Shown: piece after piece, positions 27,713 through 39,530 of the stretch
How positions within the stretch are numbered: the stretch's first letter is position 1
How the letters are laid out: each line of letters starts with the position of its first letter
Source of the DNA: Eledone cirrhosa
Lineage: Eukaryota
DNA length: 64,000 nt
Assembly: GCA_964016885.1 (NCBI GenBank)
Contig: OZ024740.1
Coordinates: forward strand, 159,712,001 to 159,776,000
Direction of reading: 5' to 3'
Program-made: the position numbers and the translations under genes
The notes under the pieces: generated by a model
The model's input: the letters and a program-made list of their open reading frames with translations, nothing else
Database searches by the model: none
What the model was told of the DNA's origin: nothing

Positions 27713-29498
27713 GTGCTCTGAATGAGTCAAGCATTTCAGGTTGATAACTCTTGTAATATAAGTTGCAGTAATTGTTGTGGCTTTTGCTGTTGCTGCTGGT
27801 GGCGTGGATTCTGTTGTTGTTTGTATTGTTGGTGTTGCTGCTGTTAAGTGTCAGAATTAAGATGCCAAGGTGTGATTTGAGAAATATTTGGTTGCAATTG
27901 TTGAAAGTTGGAGAACGTCATAGAAGTTCCCTGTGTAGGTTTGCTATATTATGATGAGTAGGTAGTTTTTATACAAATGAAATATTGAAACCTTTTTCAA
28001 TATAAGCAAAGAGAAAATAAAAAGAAAACAGGAAGCAGTGTCTTATAATGATCTATTCTAATAAATATTTGTTATCTTGCCAAAGGACCTCTTTTAACCA
28101 GACAATGCTTTTCTTTCTGATTCTTTCATTTGAAGCAAATAAAAGACTTATTATAATCTCAAAGACCAAAGAACTTACATTGCCTACAAAGTAAGATCAC
28201 TGCAGCTCAATAGAAACTCATTTGTCAATTCTATATAAACTTATGTATAAATGAAAAAACAGCTATATAATATTATAAGTGGTCTCAAAGGCACAATAAA
28301 GAAATACTTTAGGCTCAATAACTAGCAATTTCCTAAACAAAAAAGAACAAAGAACAAGCATACAAGAAAATGAAAGTTGGAATGAGAGAAATACAAAAGA
28401 TTTTACAAAAATGAAGAAATTACTTATTGATACAAACAAGTATTCTGATGAGTTGTTTGCTGTCTACATTGGATGCAATGATTAAACTCATAATTAGCAG
28501 GGGAAATGCTGGAGCAATATATATATATATATATAATGCTCTCAGTATACTCTGTAAGAGGGTGGTGTTAGGAAGGGTATCCAGCCATAAAAGCCATACC
28601 AAATTTGTAACATATTTATCAAACAACACTGTAATTGGTTACAGATTTCTAATATAATCACTGATCTACTACATTTCTATGAGTAAGAGAGATGGGGGAG
28701 TGCTTTTTTTTATTTTTTTTTGGTGCACAACAAATACTACAAAGAGTTTTTCATAAGTGTCTGTGCATTGTTTACTTCCTTCAGTGACATAAATCATCTG
28801 ATGACCTATATATATATATATTTATATATATATAATACCTCCATCATAGACAGTAACGTGGTTTGTCATAGATATGACATCTAGCCAAGAAGCCATACTG
28901 AAAATGAAGCATAAACTTTGGACATCAATGCCATAGGCTTCATTGCAGGCTACCCATCATGGAGGACAGTAACTTCAAATATATAGAGTAGAAAATCCTC
29001 TTTAGTTTTGCAGTAGAAAACCTCACTCGTGCTGTTGGCATGATAAAATGCACCCAGAGGTATAAAGGGTATGGTTGCAGTAAAGTCATAGATCATAGAA
29101 GCCATACCAAAAGAAGAAATGTATGAACAAGACATGGGTATGCAAGCTATATTGTAAGTAAACTGTCATTTGGAGCAACTCACTATCCAGTCACATGTGC
29201 TGGATAGTGAGTAACTTCAAAATTAGAAATAGCAGCTGAATCTCTTTCAGCAGAAGACATTCTTTAATTTTGCTACACATGCATTCACACACACACGCAC
29301 ATCATCAATTCATAAGTCTTGAACTCCAAATGAAGTTGTGGTGACCCTGTTGTGACAGTGTTTCTTGATCATTTTGACCCTGTTGATACCAATCTGCTTG
29401 AAACCACTCTAGTTTTATGATACCTTCCATCATACTTATATGTAAGAAATTTTATTAAGTATTGTTCCAAACATCATCTTATTAATGAAAACGTTATT

Positions 29499-29671
29499 TA
29501 CCGTATTTCCCGGCACTGAAGACATTTCGTCCTCGAGGACGAACCCTAATTTTGACAAGCAAAAATTTGAAAAAAAATAATAAACAACCTTCGGCCTCCA
29601 GGATACGTGGTAGATTTTTTTAGACTTATTTTAGGAAAAAAGTAGCGTCTTCGATGTCAGGAAATACAGTA
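29499..29671. mobile_element. pogo/Tc1-mariner-type MITE
   Basis: Imperfect ~25-bp TIRs TACCGTATTTCCCGGCACTGAAGAC / GTCTTCGATGTCAGGAAATACAGTA with TA ends; same TACCGTAT terminus as the pogo at 26912. Confidence 0.75.
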
Positions 29672-30472
29672 TATTGTTAAATTCCTCTAAATGTTTTATG
29701 TATTTGTCATTTTAAAATAAATGAGACTACATAGACAATGTATTTCATTAGGAATATGGTAACGAAAAAAATCAAACATAACATAACCATCCCTCTCCAG
29801 GTCTGAGTGCAGCCAATTTCTTCAAGCAAAAGTGAAAGATAAAACATGAAGAAAAGAGAGAGAAAAAAGTCAACCCTTGTGCTGAACTAGAATTTTATTT
29901 ATCAGCTTTTTAAGATGAAAACAAAGTAATCTCAGCAGATTTTGAACACAGAGAACAAATTCTGCCAACTTGTCAGCTTTATAATACACCTGCTTAAATT
30001 TCTACAGAGTATGATCGAAGTCAGAACAATGTGGTTATAAAACAGCCATACCTACAGCCTGCATTAATCTACATTTGTATATATTGAGATAGAGTATGGT
30101 AGCTTTATGGAAGCCATTAAATTATCCACAAGCACAACTATCTTGTGACAGATGTCACATGCACTTGTGATCTATTTAACCATCGTGTTCAAACACAATG
30201 AATGGGTAATCGAAATGATTTGATATAATAGTAATATAATATCGAACATTTGAAGGTGAGATGAGTGATATATATACATGTATTGTTGTGTGCGTGTGTG
30301 TGTGTGATATATACATATATAATGTGTGTGTGTCTGGTGTTTAATACATGGGAAATAGTTTAGTAGCAATGGAAAATACTATATATGTACATGTATGAGT
30401 GCATACATTTATGTGTTTGAGCTTTTCTGTATGTATACATTAATCTATCTATGTATATACACTAACACTGAT

Positions 30473-30516
<44 letters not shown>

Positions 30517-30517
<1 letters not shown>

Positions 30518-33163
30518 GATAGCACCTACGTACGTTCGCCCGAATGGGCTTCTCAAGGGCATAAATAACTAAAAAGTGCTTCTTACATGGCCCGGAATGC
30601 GTTTTTAGAGATAAGTTCACGTCAGAGTTCATTCTTCGCAAAAAAGCGTGTTTTGATTTTGCAGTAGGTCAAGGGAGATAACTCTGGCCGGTGTTAGGGC
30701 ATTCTTTCCCGGACAAATTTTTTTTATCCGTTACAAGATGTGGTTACAACCTTACCATTGTCGATACGCACAGGGTCAGGTATGCAACGTTTGTTTTGAG
30801 ACGTTTGTTTGCTGCACCTGCCCGCCTGGGTCAATTGAAGCCGTGTCTGGGATGCATGGTTATTTTCCGGATGTTTTTGCAGCGCCTGCCCGCCGGGGTG
30901 TTAAGGTTTGGTGCAGGGATACCCGGTATACGGTTTCACTCTTCGTTCTTATTCCATCTGAAGTAGGATATTTTTAAGCGGTATGTACAGCTTATCGTCG
31001 ATTCAGCTCTGCTGTTGATAAGCTCGTGGTGTGCCGTTATGATGTGGTAGAGCTCCATGAGGCAAAAATCGCATTTCCTCTTGAAGTTGTACGGTGCAGC
31101 CCTGCCGACAATTTCCCAGTACGTGGAGAAGCTGATGTTTAAGTCTTTTAATGACGTGATGTAGTTCACGAGCAAAGTGGAGTCTTAATTTCTTATTTGC
31201 GAAAGAGGGGAGATGTGTTCGAAACCTAATTTTGAACGGGCCAGAGTTGAGTACGGGCCTATACAAGCCATACCATAAGCCTTGAGAGAGCCTTTCTTAT
31301 ATTAATTATGCCTCCAACCACCCTAAGCAGACTCTCAAATCCATAGTCTCACATAGGATTTCGAGGCTCTCCGCCAATGGGGATATCTTCAACCAAGCGG
31401 CAGATTACTACAATAGGGCCTTGATAAGCGCCGGCTTTAACCGAGGAATTTTCTACATCCCTAACGCTAGCTCCAGACCCCCCCTCTCAGAAGACGAACG
31501 TTATAGTAATCCATACCTATAACCGATCACGCGGCGACTTCGAGGGCGTCGGATGTAATAGTATAGATAATCGCACTAAGGAACACGGCCACAATGTTAA
31601 TTACACAGGTGATAGTATAGGTAACTTATCACACAATAATGATCACGACCCCGGGCGCAGTGACCACTGTAGCCTACTCGAATTATTCCCCTACTATAAA
31701 ATAAACAAATCTGACGGCCTACTACCAACGCCTTCCAAACAACATGTTCATGTACATAAACATAGCAGAAGGACGAAGAGTGCACCCAAGCATAAAGCGA
31801 AAGGGGCACGTAACGGGCTACAGCGCATTAACATGCATAAGAATGGTCACCCTGATGGCACTACCCGTAGCAAACATACAAAGACGCGTAATCGCCACCG
31901 TAGCGTCCTATGGTTCCATGGAGACCATAGTTTCGGAGTGTGGTCTCCGACATACCCCGGATATTCTTCGAAGTCTTAGAGAAGAACTTCCCACCCAACC
32001 ATAGGTATAGGATTATCCTTAATAGGAACAATATAAAAATATCCTTCTCTACTACTCCTAACCTAGCGGACATCATAGGAACAACTAATCACATTAAGAT
32101 CACCAAGACACAGCACCTTAGCACTTGCGCACCTACACCTGACAATAACTATATCGGCCTTAACGACTCCCTAGCAGCATCCAATAGTGCTGGCAACAGC
32201 CTCTACAGACGCAACCAGCATAACCGCGACATAACTGGGGAATATGCAGGTGACCCGCACGGGTCACCAGGCGGCAAAGGGAGACGATGCTGCGTACGGA
32301 ATAATAATGGTACCACTCCGCGCACAGTGGGTTATAATGGTGCTAACGACAGGTGTGGGAGCGTAGGTAACAATGTAGTTAGCAATAATAATAGCCTTAC
32401 CGTGGGAACTAGAAGGGACCGCGACCGAAATTGCAACTGCGCGACAGGGGACGCTGCCCCCTTAAGGGATACTGCTTGACTGATAGGGTTATATATAGGT
32501 GCACTGTAACTAGCCACAATAACGTTAAACATTATATAGGGGCTACCTCTGGCCCGTTCAAAATTAGGTTTCGAACACATCTCCCCTCTTTCGCAAATAA
32601 GAAATGAAGACACTCCACTTCGCTCGCGAACTACATCACATCATTAAAAGACTTAAACATCAGCTTCTCCACGTACTGGGAAATTGTCGGCAGGGCTGCA
32701 CCGTAAAACTTCAAGAGGAAGTGCGATCTTTGCCTCATGGAGCTCTACCACATCAATACTGCACACCACGAGCTCATCAACAGCAGAGCTGAATCGACGA
32801 TAAGCTGTACACACCGCTTAAAAATATCCTACTTCAGATGGAATAAGGACGAGGAGGGAAACCGTATACCGGGTCTCCCTGCACCAAGCTTTAACATCCC
32901 GACGGGCAGGCGCTGCAAAAAACATCCGGAAAATAACCATGCATCCCAGACCCGGCTTCAATTGACCCAGGCGGGCAGGTGCAACAAACAAACGTCTCAA
33001 AACAAACGTTGCATACCTGACCCTGTGCGTATCGACAATGGTAAGGTTGTAACCACATCTTGTAACGGATAAAAAAAATTTGTCCGGGAAAGAATGCCCT
33101 AAAACCAGCCAGAGTTTACCTCTATTGACCTACTGCAAAATCAAAACACGCTTTTTTGCGAAG
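30517..33163 (+). mobile_element. Third Naiad-type PLE, 5'-truncated with an inverted 3' copy (30634-31243 vs 32550-33163); degenerate
   Basis: 31255+: GLYKPYHKP*..YINYASNHP..RISRLS..IFNQAA.YYNRAL (thumb); RIILNRNNIKISFSTTPNL; CNC..CPLKGYCLTDRVIYRC..HYIGATSGPFKIRF..CDLCLMEL..LINSRAE..CTHRL, with frameshifts and stops. Confidence 0.88.
30521..30562 (-). ncRNA. Degenerate hammerhead with U3-A8 core at the end of the inverted PLE arm
   Basis: Minus: gccc-TTGAGAA-gccc-attc-gggc-GAA-cgtacgta-ggtgc; one A of GAAA is missing; palindromic ACGTACGT stem III. Confidence 0.6.
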
Positions 33164-33180
33164 CATATATATATATATAT

Positions 33181-35017
33181 AAAACAATTACCACAATAAT
33201 ATCAGCTTATGCACCCCAATCGGGGCTGCCAGACGAACTTAAGGATAGGTTTTACGAGTCCCTAATACACACTACTGCTCTAACAGACGACAAGGACTTC
33301 CTAATCATCGCAGGAGATTTTAACGGACACGTAGGTAAACACTGCGACGGCTTCAATAGAGTACATGGAGGCCATGGGGTTGGCACAAGGAATGAGGAAG
33401 GATTCAGACTTCTAGAATTCTGCGACGCCAATGACATGTCGATATGTAACACAAACTTTAAAAAACCCGACAACCACCTGATCACCTATAGATCGACCTT
33501 GAGAAAGCCTTTGACAGAGTTCCACGTGCTGTAATCTGGTGGGCTCTTAGAAAACTAGGAGTAGATGAATGGCTTGTGAAAGCGGTACAAGCCATGTATA
33601 GGGGAGCAGTCAGCAAAGTTAGGATTAGCAATGAGTATAGCGAGGAATTTAGCGTACAGGTTGGGGTCCACCAGGGCTCAGTTCTTAGCCCTCTCCTGTT
33701 CACCATAGTCCTGCAGGCAATAACGGAGGAGTTTAAGACCGGATGCCCATGGGAACTCCTGTATGCTGATGACCTCGCACTCATAGCTGAATCTATGGTA
33801 GAACTAGAGAATAAATTCCAAACCTGGAAGCAGGGACTAGAAAGAAAGGGTCTCAAAGTCAACATGACAAAGACTAAGGTCCTTGTAAGTAGACGAGAAA
33901 ACAGAACCCAGATCCCCTCAGGGAAATGGCCTTGCTCAGTATGTAGGAAAGGTGTAGGTAGGAACTCCATTCTCTGCCCCAAATACAAACAATGGGTACA
34001 TAAGAGATGTAGTGGGATCTCAGGAAGCTTAATTAAGAATGTAGGATTCACATGCAGCAGCTGTGCTGAGACAGCAAACAGCAAACAGCCACAGGAAACA
34101 AGTACCACCAATCTCTGGGAGGGCCCTGTAGAAACAGTAGACAGCTTCTGCTACCTAGGTGACCGAATTAGCAACGGAGGTGGGTGTTCAGAAAGTGCAA
34201 TAACTAGGGTAAGAACGGGATGGAAGAAGTTTAGGGAACTACTACCACTGCTAGCTGCAAAAGGCTTCTCCCTCAGAATGAAAGGCAGACTGTATGATGC
34301 GTGTATCCGAACAGCGATGTTGCATGGTAGTGAGACCTGGGCGCTGAAGGTGGAAGACTTACGTTGATTAGAGAGAAACGAAGCCTGCATGCTCCGATGG
34401 ATGTGTAACAATAATATACGTGAACCAGAAAGCATAAATGAATTGAGAGAGAGACTGAGCATAAAAGGAATCAAATGCTGTGTGCAGGAGAGGCGGTTGC
34501 GCTGGTATGGACATGTGATGCGTATGAAGGATGACAGCTGCATAAAAAGTTGCAGAGCACTAGAAGTTGATGGAAACCGCGGAGTGGGGAGACCCAAGAT
34601 GACCTGGGATGAGGTGATAAAAGCCGACCTTACCCAATTACACCTCTCAAAGACAATGACACACGACCGTGACTTCTGGCGTCACGCAGTAATACAGAGT
34701 ACCCGACCTCCCATGGGTACAAGCTGAAGCATATAGACAATATGCCCCCACACCCCCACCGCAAGGTGGTCGTGGAGGTGCCACGGCAAAAAAGCACCCA
34801 TCCCACACTGTAAAGTGGACGTGTAGGCGCCACGAAAAAGCACCCAGCACTCACTGTAAATGAGGTTGGTGTTAGGAAGGGCATCCAGCTGTAGAAATCA
34901 AGCCAAATCAGTTCCTGTATGAGCAAGGCATGGTCAGCCGACCAGACACTGCCCACAACAGGACAACCCGTCTAACCCATGCTAGCGTGGAAGAACGGAC
35001 GTAAAACGGTGATGATG
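33181..35017 (+). mobile_element. RTE LINE, 5'-truncated and internally deleted (APE fragment joined to RT), (GAT)n tail
   Basis: ISAYAPQSG..AGDFNGHVG..RNEEG..LLEFC..NTNFKK..LITY jumps at ~33490 to IDLEKAFDRVP; GVHQGSVLSPLLF, LYADDL, PHD-like finger; premature TGA at 34365. Confidence 0.92.
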
Positions 35018-38000
35018 ATATATATATATATATTTAATCTATGTAATGGTCATTGTGGTGCCATGATAAAAAGCACCCAATCAACACTGTAAAATGGTTG
35101 GTGTTAGGAAAGGTATCCAGCTGTAGAACCCAACCCAAAATACAGGTCTGTATGAACAAGACTTCGTCACTTGACCTGAATTGTTTCATACTGTGATGAC
35201 CTGTCTATCTTATGTAAGTATTTGGTGATCTACACAATAAATGCATTCAATACATGCTGTAAAGTGTTTGGTGATAGGAAGGGCATCCAGTCATAGAAAT
35301 CTTGCCAAACAAAGGGTTAGTAAGATCCTCAGTTGTATCAAAGACATGAACAACCTCTCCTGTGCACTTTGTGGAATGTGAGATGTACATAAGCGATACA
35401 CAGATCCTGGGCCTGTTTGGGAGGTCAATGGCTGTGCTTCAGTACTGACTTGGTCTATGTAGATACCTCCAACCATTGGTAACAGGGAAAGTGGATATTA
35501 AACTGATGTTGATGATATATATGTATCTATAAACACAAATACAAAGACTGTGGCTTCAAAAGTTTCCCTGTACTATCTTATGTAGGATACAATATATTGC
35601 AATAACTGATTGAGATCTTAGTTTCTAAGTTCAAATCACACCCAAGTCAGCTTTGCATTTCATCCTTTGGAACAGGTAAACTATCAACTTAATACTGGTA
35701 CAGCCTTCTTTTATCTCATCTGTCATATTCTGGATGATCTATTAAATCAGGGAATGGGTGGGATGGAGGAATTAGAATATGTCTGTTTTTGCTTGTGAAT
35801 GTATGGACACCTCAAACTATTAATAAAACATGAAAGCAAGATACTTGTGGATACCAAATCCTCCTCGATTACTAGTGATAGCTATTGTTATATAATGCAA
35901 AATGTTCTGTATTTTGGTTGAAGATGCTTAGTTCTCATTTGTATTCATGTGATGGCAATAAATTGGTAGCATCATTAGAGCATTGGATAAATGATTAGCA
36001 GTATTAGTTCAAGTCCTGCCACTGTCAACTTTGGTCTTCATTGTTCTGAGGTCAATCTATATATAAATTTCAGTGACTTCCAACTATCTGTCACCCTATG
36101 TCTGTAAAAAGAAAGAAGGGGATGGTGAAAAAACTAGAGCAAAACAGCCATGGGCATTTCATTTGCTACTCGGTGTGTGAGTGTATATGTATGCGTGTGT
36201 TTGTATAAATGACATGTGTGTGTGTTTGTGTGAATGCATGTGAGTTTGTGTGAATATATGTATATTTGAGTAAATGTATGTCTGTGAGTGTGTATATTTG
36301 TAAGTGTGTCTGTGTTTGTGCATAAGCACACACACTCGCATGCACATATACACATATGGGTCAGCATGTTGAAAAAAATCCTAGTAAAATAAATTATCAC
36401 TAAAGTACTGGAGTTGTAATCAACTTTCTTTTCCTCTCTAAATTGCTGGCCTTGTGCCAAAAATTAGATACTATTATGTGTATTTTTTTGTTTGGTTCAT
36501 TCACCTTTTTTGTGTAAGACAGAGAGGCATGTAGGGATGTTTTTTTTTACTTTTTATTTCATATTAATATGAACAAGTGAACAGTAACTGTGGAAAAGTG
36601 TCATATGAGTAATTGGTAATGTCTTTAACCATTTTGCGACAATATTTCTAATGAAATACAATTTATTTTAATTAATTAATGAGGAATTTTGAAAGTTTTA
36701 CTAAAATTATTAATTATTTCATTACTAAGATAGTAACTTAATATATGGTTCATTTATAAAATTATTTTTGGAAGATCTAAATTTAATTAGGAACTTTTTC
36801 AAATGGGTGGTTTTGATCAGGTTTGTTTCAAAATGGCTAAAGCATTAGATCAACTACTTTGCTGTATTTGATCCAGCTCTTTGCACTCCGAGTTCAAATC
36901 CCATTGAGGTCAAATTCACCTTTCATTTTTTGGGGGTTGATAAATATATTATCAGTGTAGGGCAATGGATTGGAAGAATTGTTTGAGCATCAAATGAGAT
37001 TACTTGCAGTATCTGATCTTGCTCTGTGCATTTTGAATTCAAATTCCAGCTCTTGGAGAAATGGTGACATGATAGGACATGGTGCTTGTCAGTAAAATAC
37101 TTAAGCTAAAAAGATGATGGGGTCAACTATAACAATGACAGAAATCGTATATGTATGATTACCCACATTTATTTTGTATTTCTTTATGTCCCCTAACTTT
37201 TCAGTATGACAAAAAGAAATAGTTAAAATAAATGCCAGATGGAAATAGTTCCTGGCATTGTTATGATTGATTAATGATTAACTAGAAAGCTCTTGCTGCA
37301 AACAATGCTCCAGCATGATAGCAATGAAATGGCTGAAACTAGTAATAGAATAAAAGAATTCACAGAATCAGGCACCCACACGTACACACACACACACTGA
37401 TAGAAATTCACATAATATAGTTGCTTTCATATAACAAAAATGAGTTGGGGGAGGAGAAAAATAAACATTGAAAAATATAGAAAGTGTTTCATACATGTAT
37501 ATTTATCCTAAAATTATAGTGAAGCATTTGATATATTCCTATATTTCAGCTACAGAACAGTTTAAATTGACCATCATAATGAGGCATTCAATTTTATCAT
37601 ATACTTAATAGTGATGCTAGTACTGAAGATATATGGAATCAAGTCTCATTTTGTATTGAATCTGTGGAAAATAAACTCGTATTTCTCCTATCATAATAGT
37701 TTTAAGACAATATATCTGCCTTGTTTGTTCAGATATTTGCTGTGAGGATCATATAATGGAATGTTAATAGGAACAGGAAAATGTGGTAGTGGTGGTGTGG
37801 AGTATATCTTCAAACATTTTAGGAATTGCTTACTTGTCTGTAGAATTACTATGTAATAAGCAGTGAGAATTGACTCTAGATTATTAATGCTATTTACTTT
37901 GTTTTATATACTACATTTTGTGAATAATAGCGTCGTTATAGCTTATAGGTTTCCAGCAGGCCGTTGTATTTATGATATAGAGACTCACAAGGGAGTATCG

Positions 38001-38149
38001 GAGTAAATTGAGTGGAACAAATACCAAACATTGTTTTTATTTATTTATATATTTATTGTTCAAAAACATCTGTGTATTGATTCTTTTTGCTGATCTTTAC
38101 ATCAAAAGATATACAGACAAAAGTATATAGTGTCTTGTCTAGATTACCC

Positions 38150-39182
38150 GCTTCCGACAATATCTCTCCCCTGCATTATATTCCTCCAGCACTATCTCTC
38201 TCCTCCATTACCCTCCTCCAGCCCTATCTCTCTCTCTTCTCTATTACCCTCCTCCAGTAATATCTCTCTCTTTTTCCTACATTACCCTCCTCCAGTAATA
38301 TCTCTCTCTCCTACATTACCCTCCTCCAGCACTATCTCTCTCTCTCTCCTACATTACCCTCCACCAAGAATATCTCTCTCTCCTATATTACCCTCCTCCA
38401 GTAATATCTCTCTCCTACATTACCCTCCTCCAGTAATATTTCTCTCCTCCATTACCCTCCTCCAGTAATATCTCTCCCCTACATAAACCTCCTCCAGTAA
38501 TATCTCTCTCCTACATTACCCTCCTCCAGTAATATCTCTCTTCTACATAACCCTCCTCCAGTAATATCTCTCTCCTACATTACCCTCCTCCAGTAATATC
38601 TCTCTCATACATTACACTCCTCCAGTAATATCTCTCTCATACATTACCCTCCTCCAGTAATATCTCTCTCCTACATTACCCTCCTCCAGTAATATCTCTC
38701 TCATACATTACCCTCCTCCAGCACTATCTCTCTCCTACATTACCCTCCTCCAGCACTATCTCTCTCCTACATTACCCTCCTCCAGTAATATCTCTCTCAT
38801 ACATTACCCTCCTCCAGTAATATCTCTCTCCTACATTACTCTCCTCCAGTAATATCTCTCTCATACATTACCCTCCTCCAGCACTATCTCTCTCTTACAT
38901 TACCCTCCTCCAGTAATATCTCTCTCATACATTACCCTCCTCCAGCACTATCTCTCTCCTACATTACCCTCCTCCAGTAATATCTCTCTCATACATAACC
39001 CTCCTCCAGTAATATCTCTCTCCTACATAACCCTCCTCCAGTAATATCTCTCTCCTACATTATCCTCCTCCAGTAATATCTCTCTCATACATTACCCTCC
39101 TCCAGTAATATCTCTCTCCTACATTACCCTCCTCCAGTAATATCTCTCTCCTACATTACCCTCCTCCAGCACTATCTCCCTC
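38150..39182. repeat. 32-bp minisatellite (CTACATTACCCTCCTCCAGTAATATCTCTCTC)n, roughly 30 copies
   Basis: Period confirmed (ctacattacc at 38511 and 38671 = 5x32); degenerate at the left edge. Confidence 0.95.
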
Positions 39183-39379
39183 ATCTTATGCCCCCCAGAA
39201 ACTGTCTCCTTCGTTCATCACCCACATCCAGCACTGTTTCCCTCTTCCCTTATTACTTTTTCTACTACCATCTCACCCCAACACCTCAATTCAACACATC
39301 ATATGCTTGCTCTCTTTTTCCATAACCCCCTGCCAAAGGAAAGGCAAAGGCCATTACAACTTGCACAAATGCCATGCCA

Positions 39380-39530
39380 TTGTTACTCATTTTCTCCAGC
39401 TGTGAGAATTGAAGCATCATGAAATAAAATGTCCTGTTTAAGGTCACTACATGCCATCCTGGGAATCAAACTCATAACCTTATGATTGAGAGCCCAGTGT
39501 CCCTTATCCACAAAGCTACACCCCTTAAAC
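39380..39530 (-). mobile_element. Degenerate tRNA-SINE head/body
   Basis: Resembles 49790-49931. Confidence 0.5.

Noticed and set aside
32600-32612. In-frame TGA in the Naiad GIY-YIG as possible selenocysteine (some Naiads encode selenoproteins)
   Set aside because: The inverted copy has TTA at this codon, the position is not a conserved Cys, the conserved Cys codons here are TGY, and I saw no SECIS
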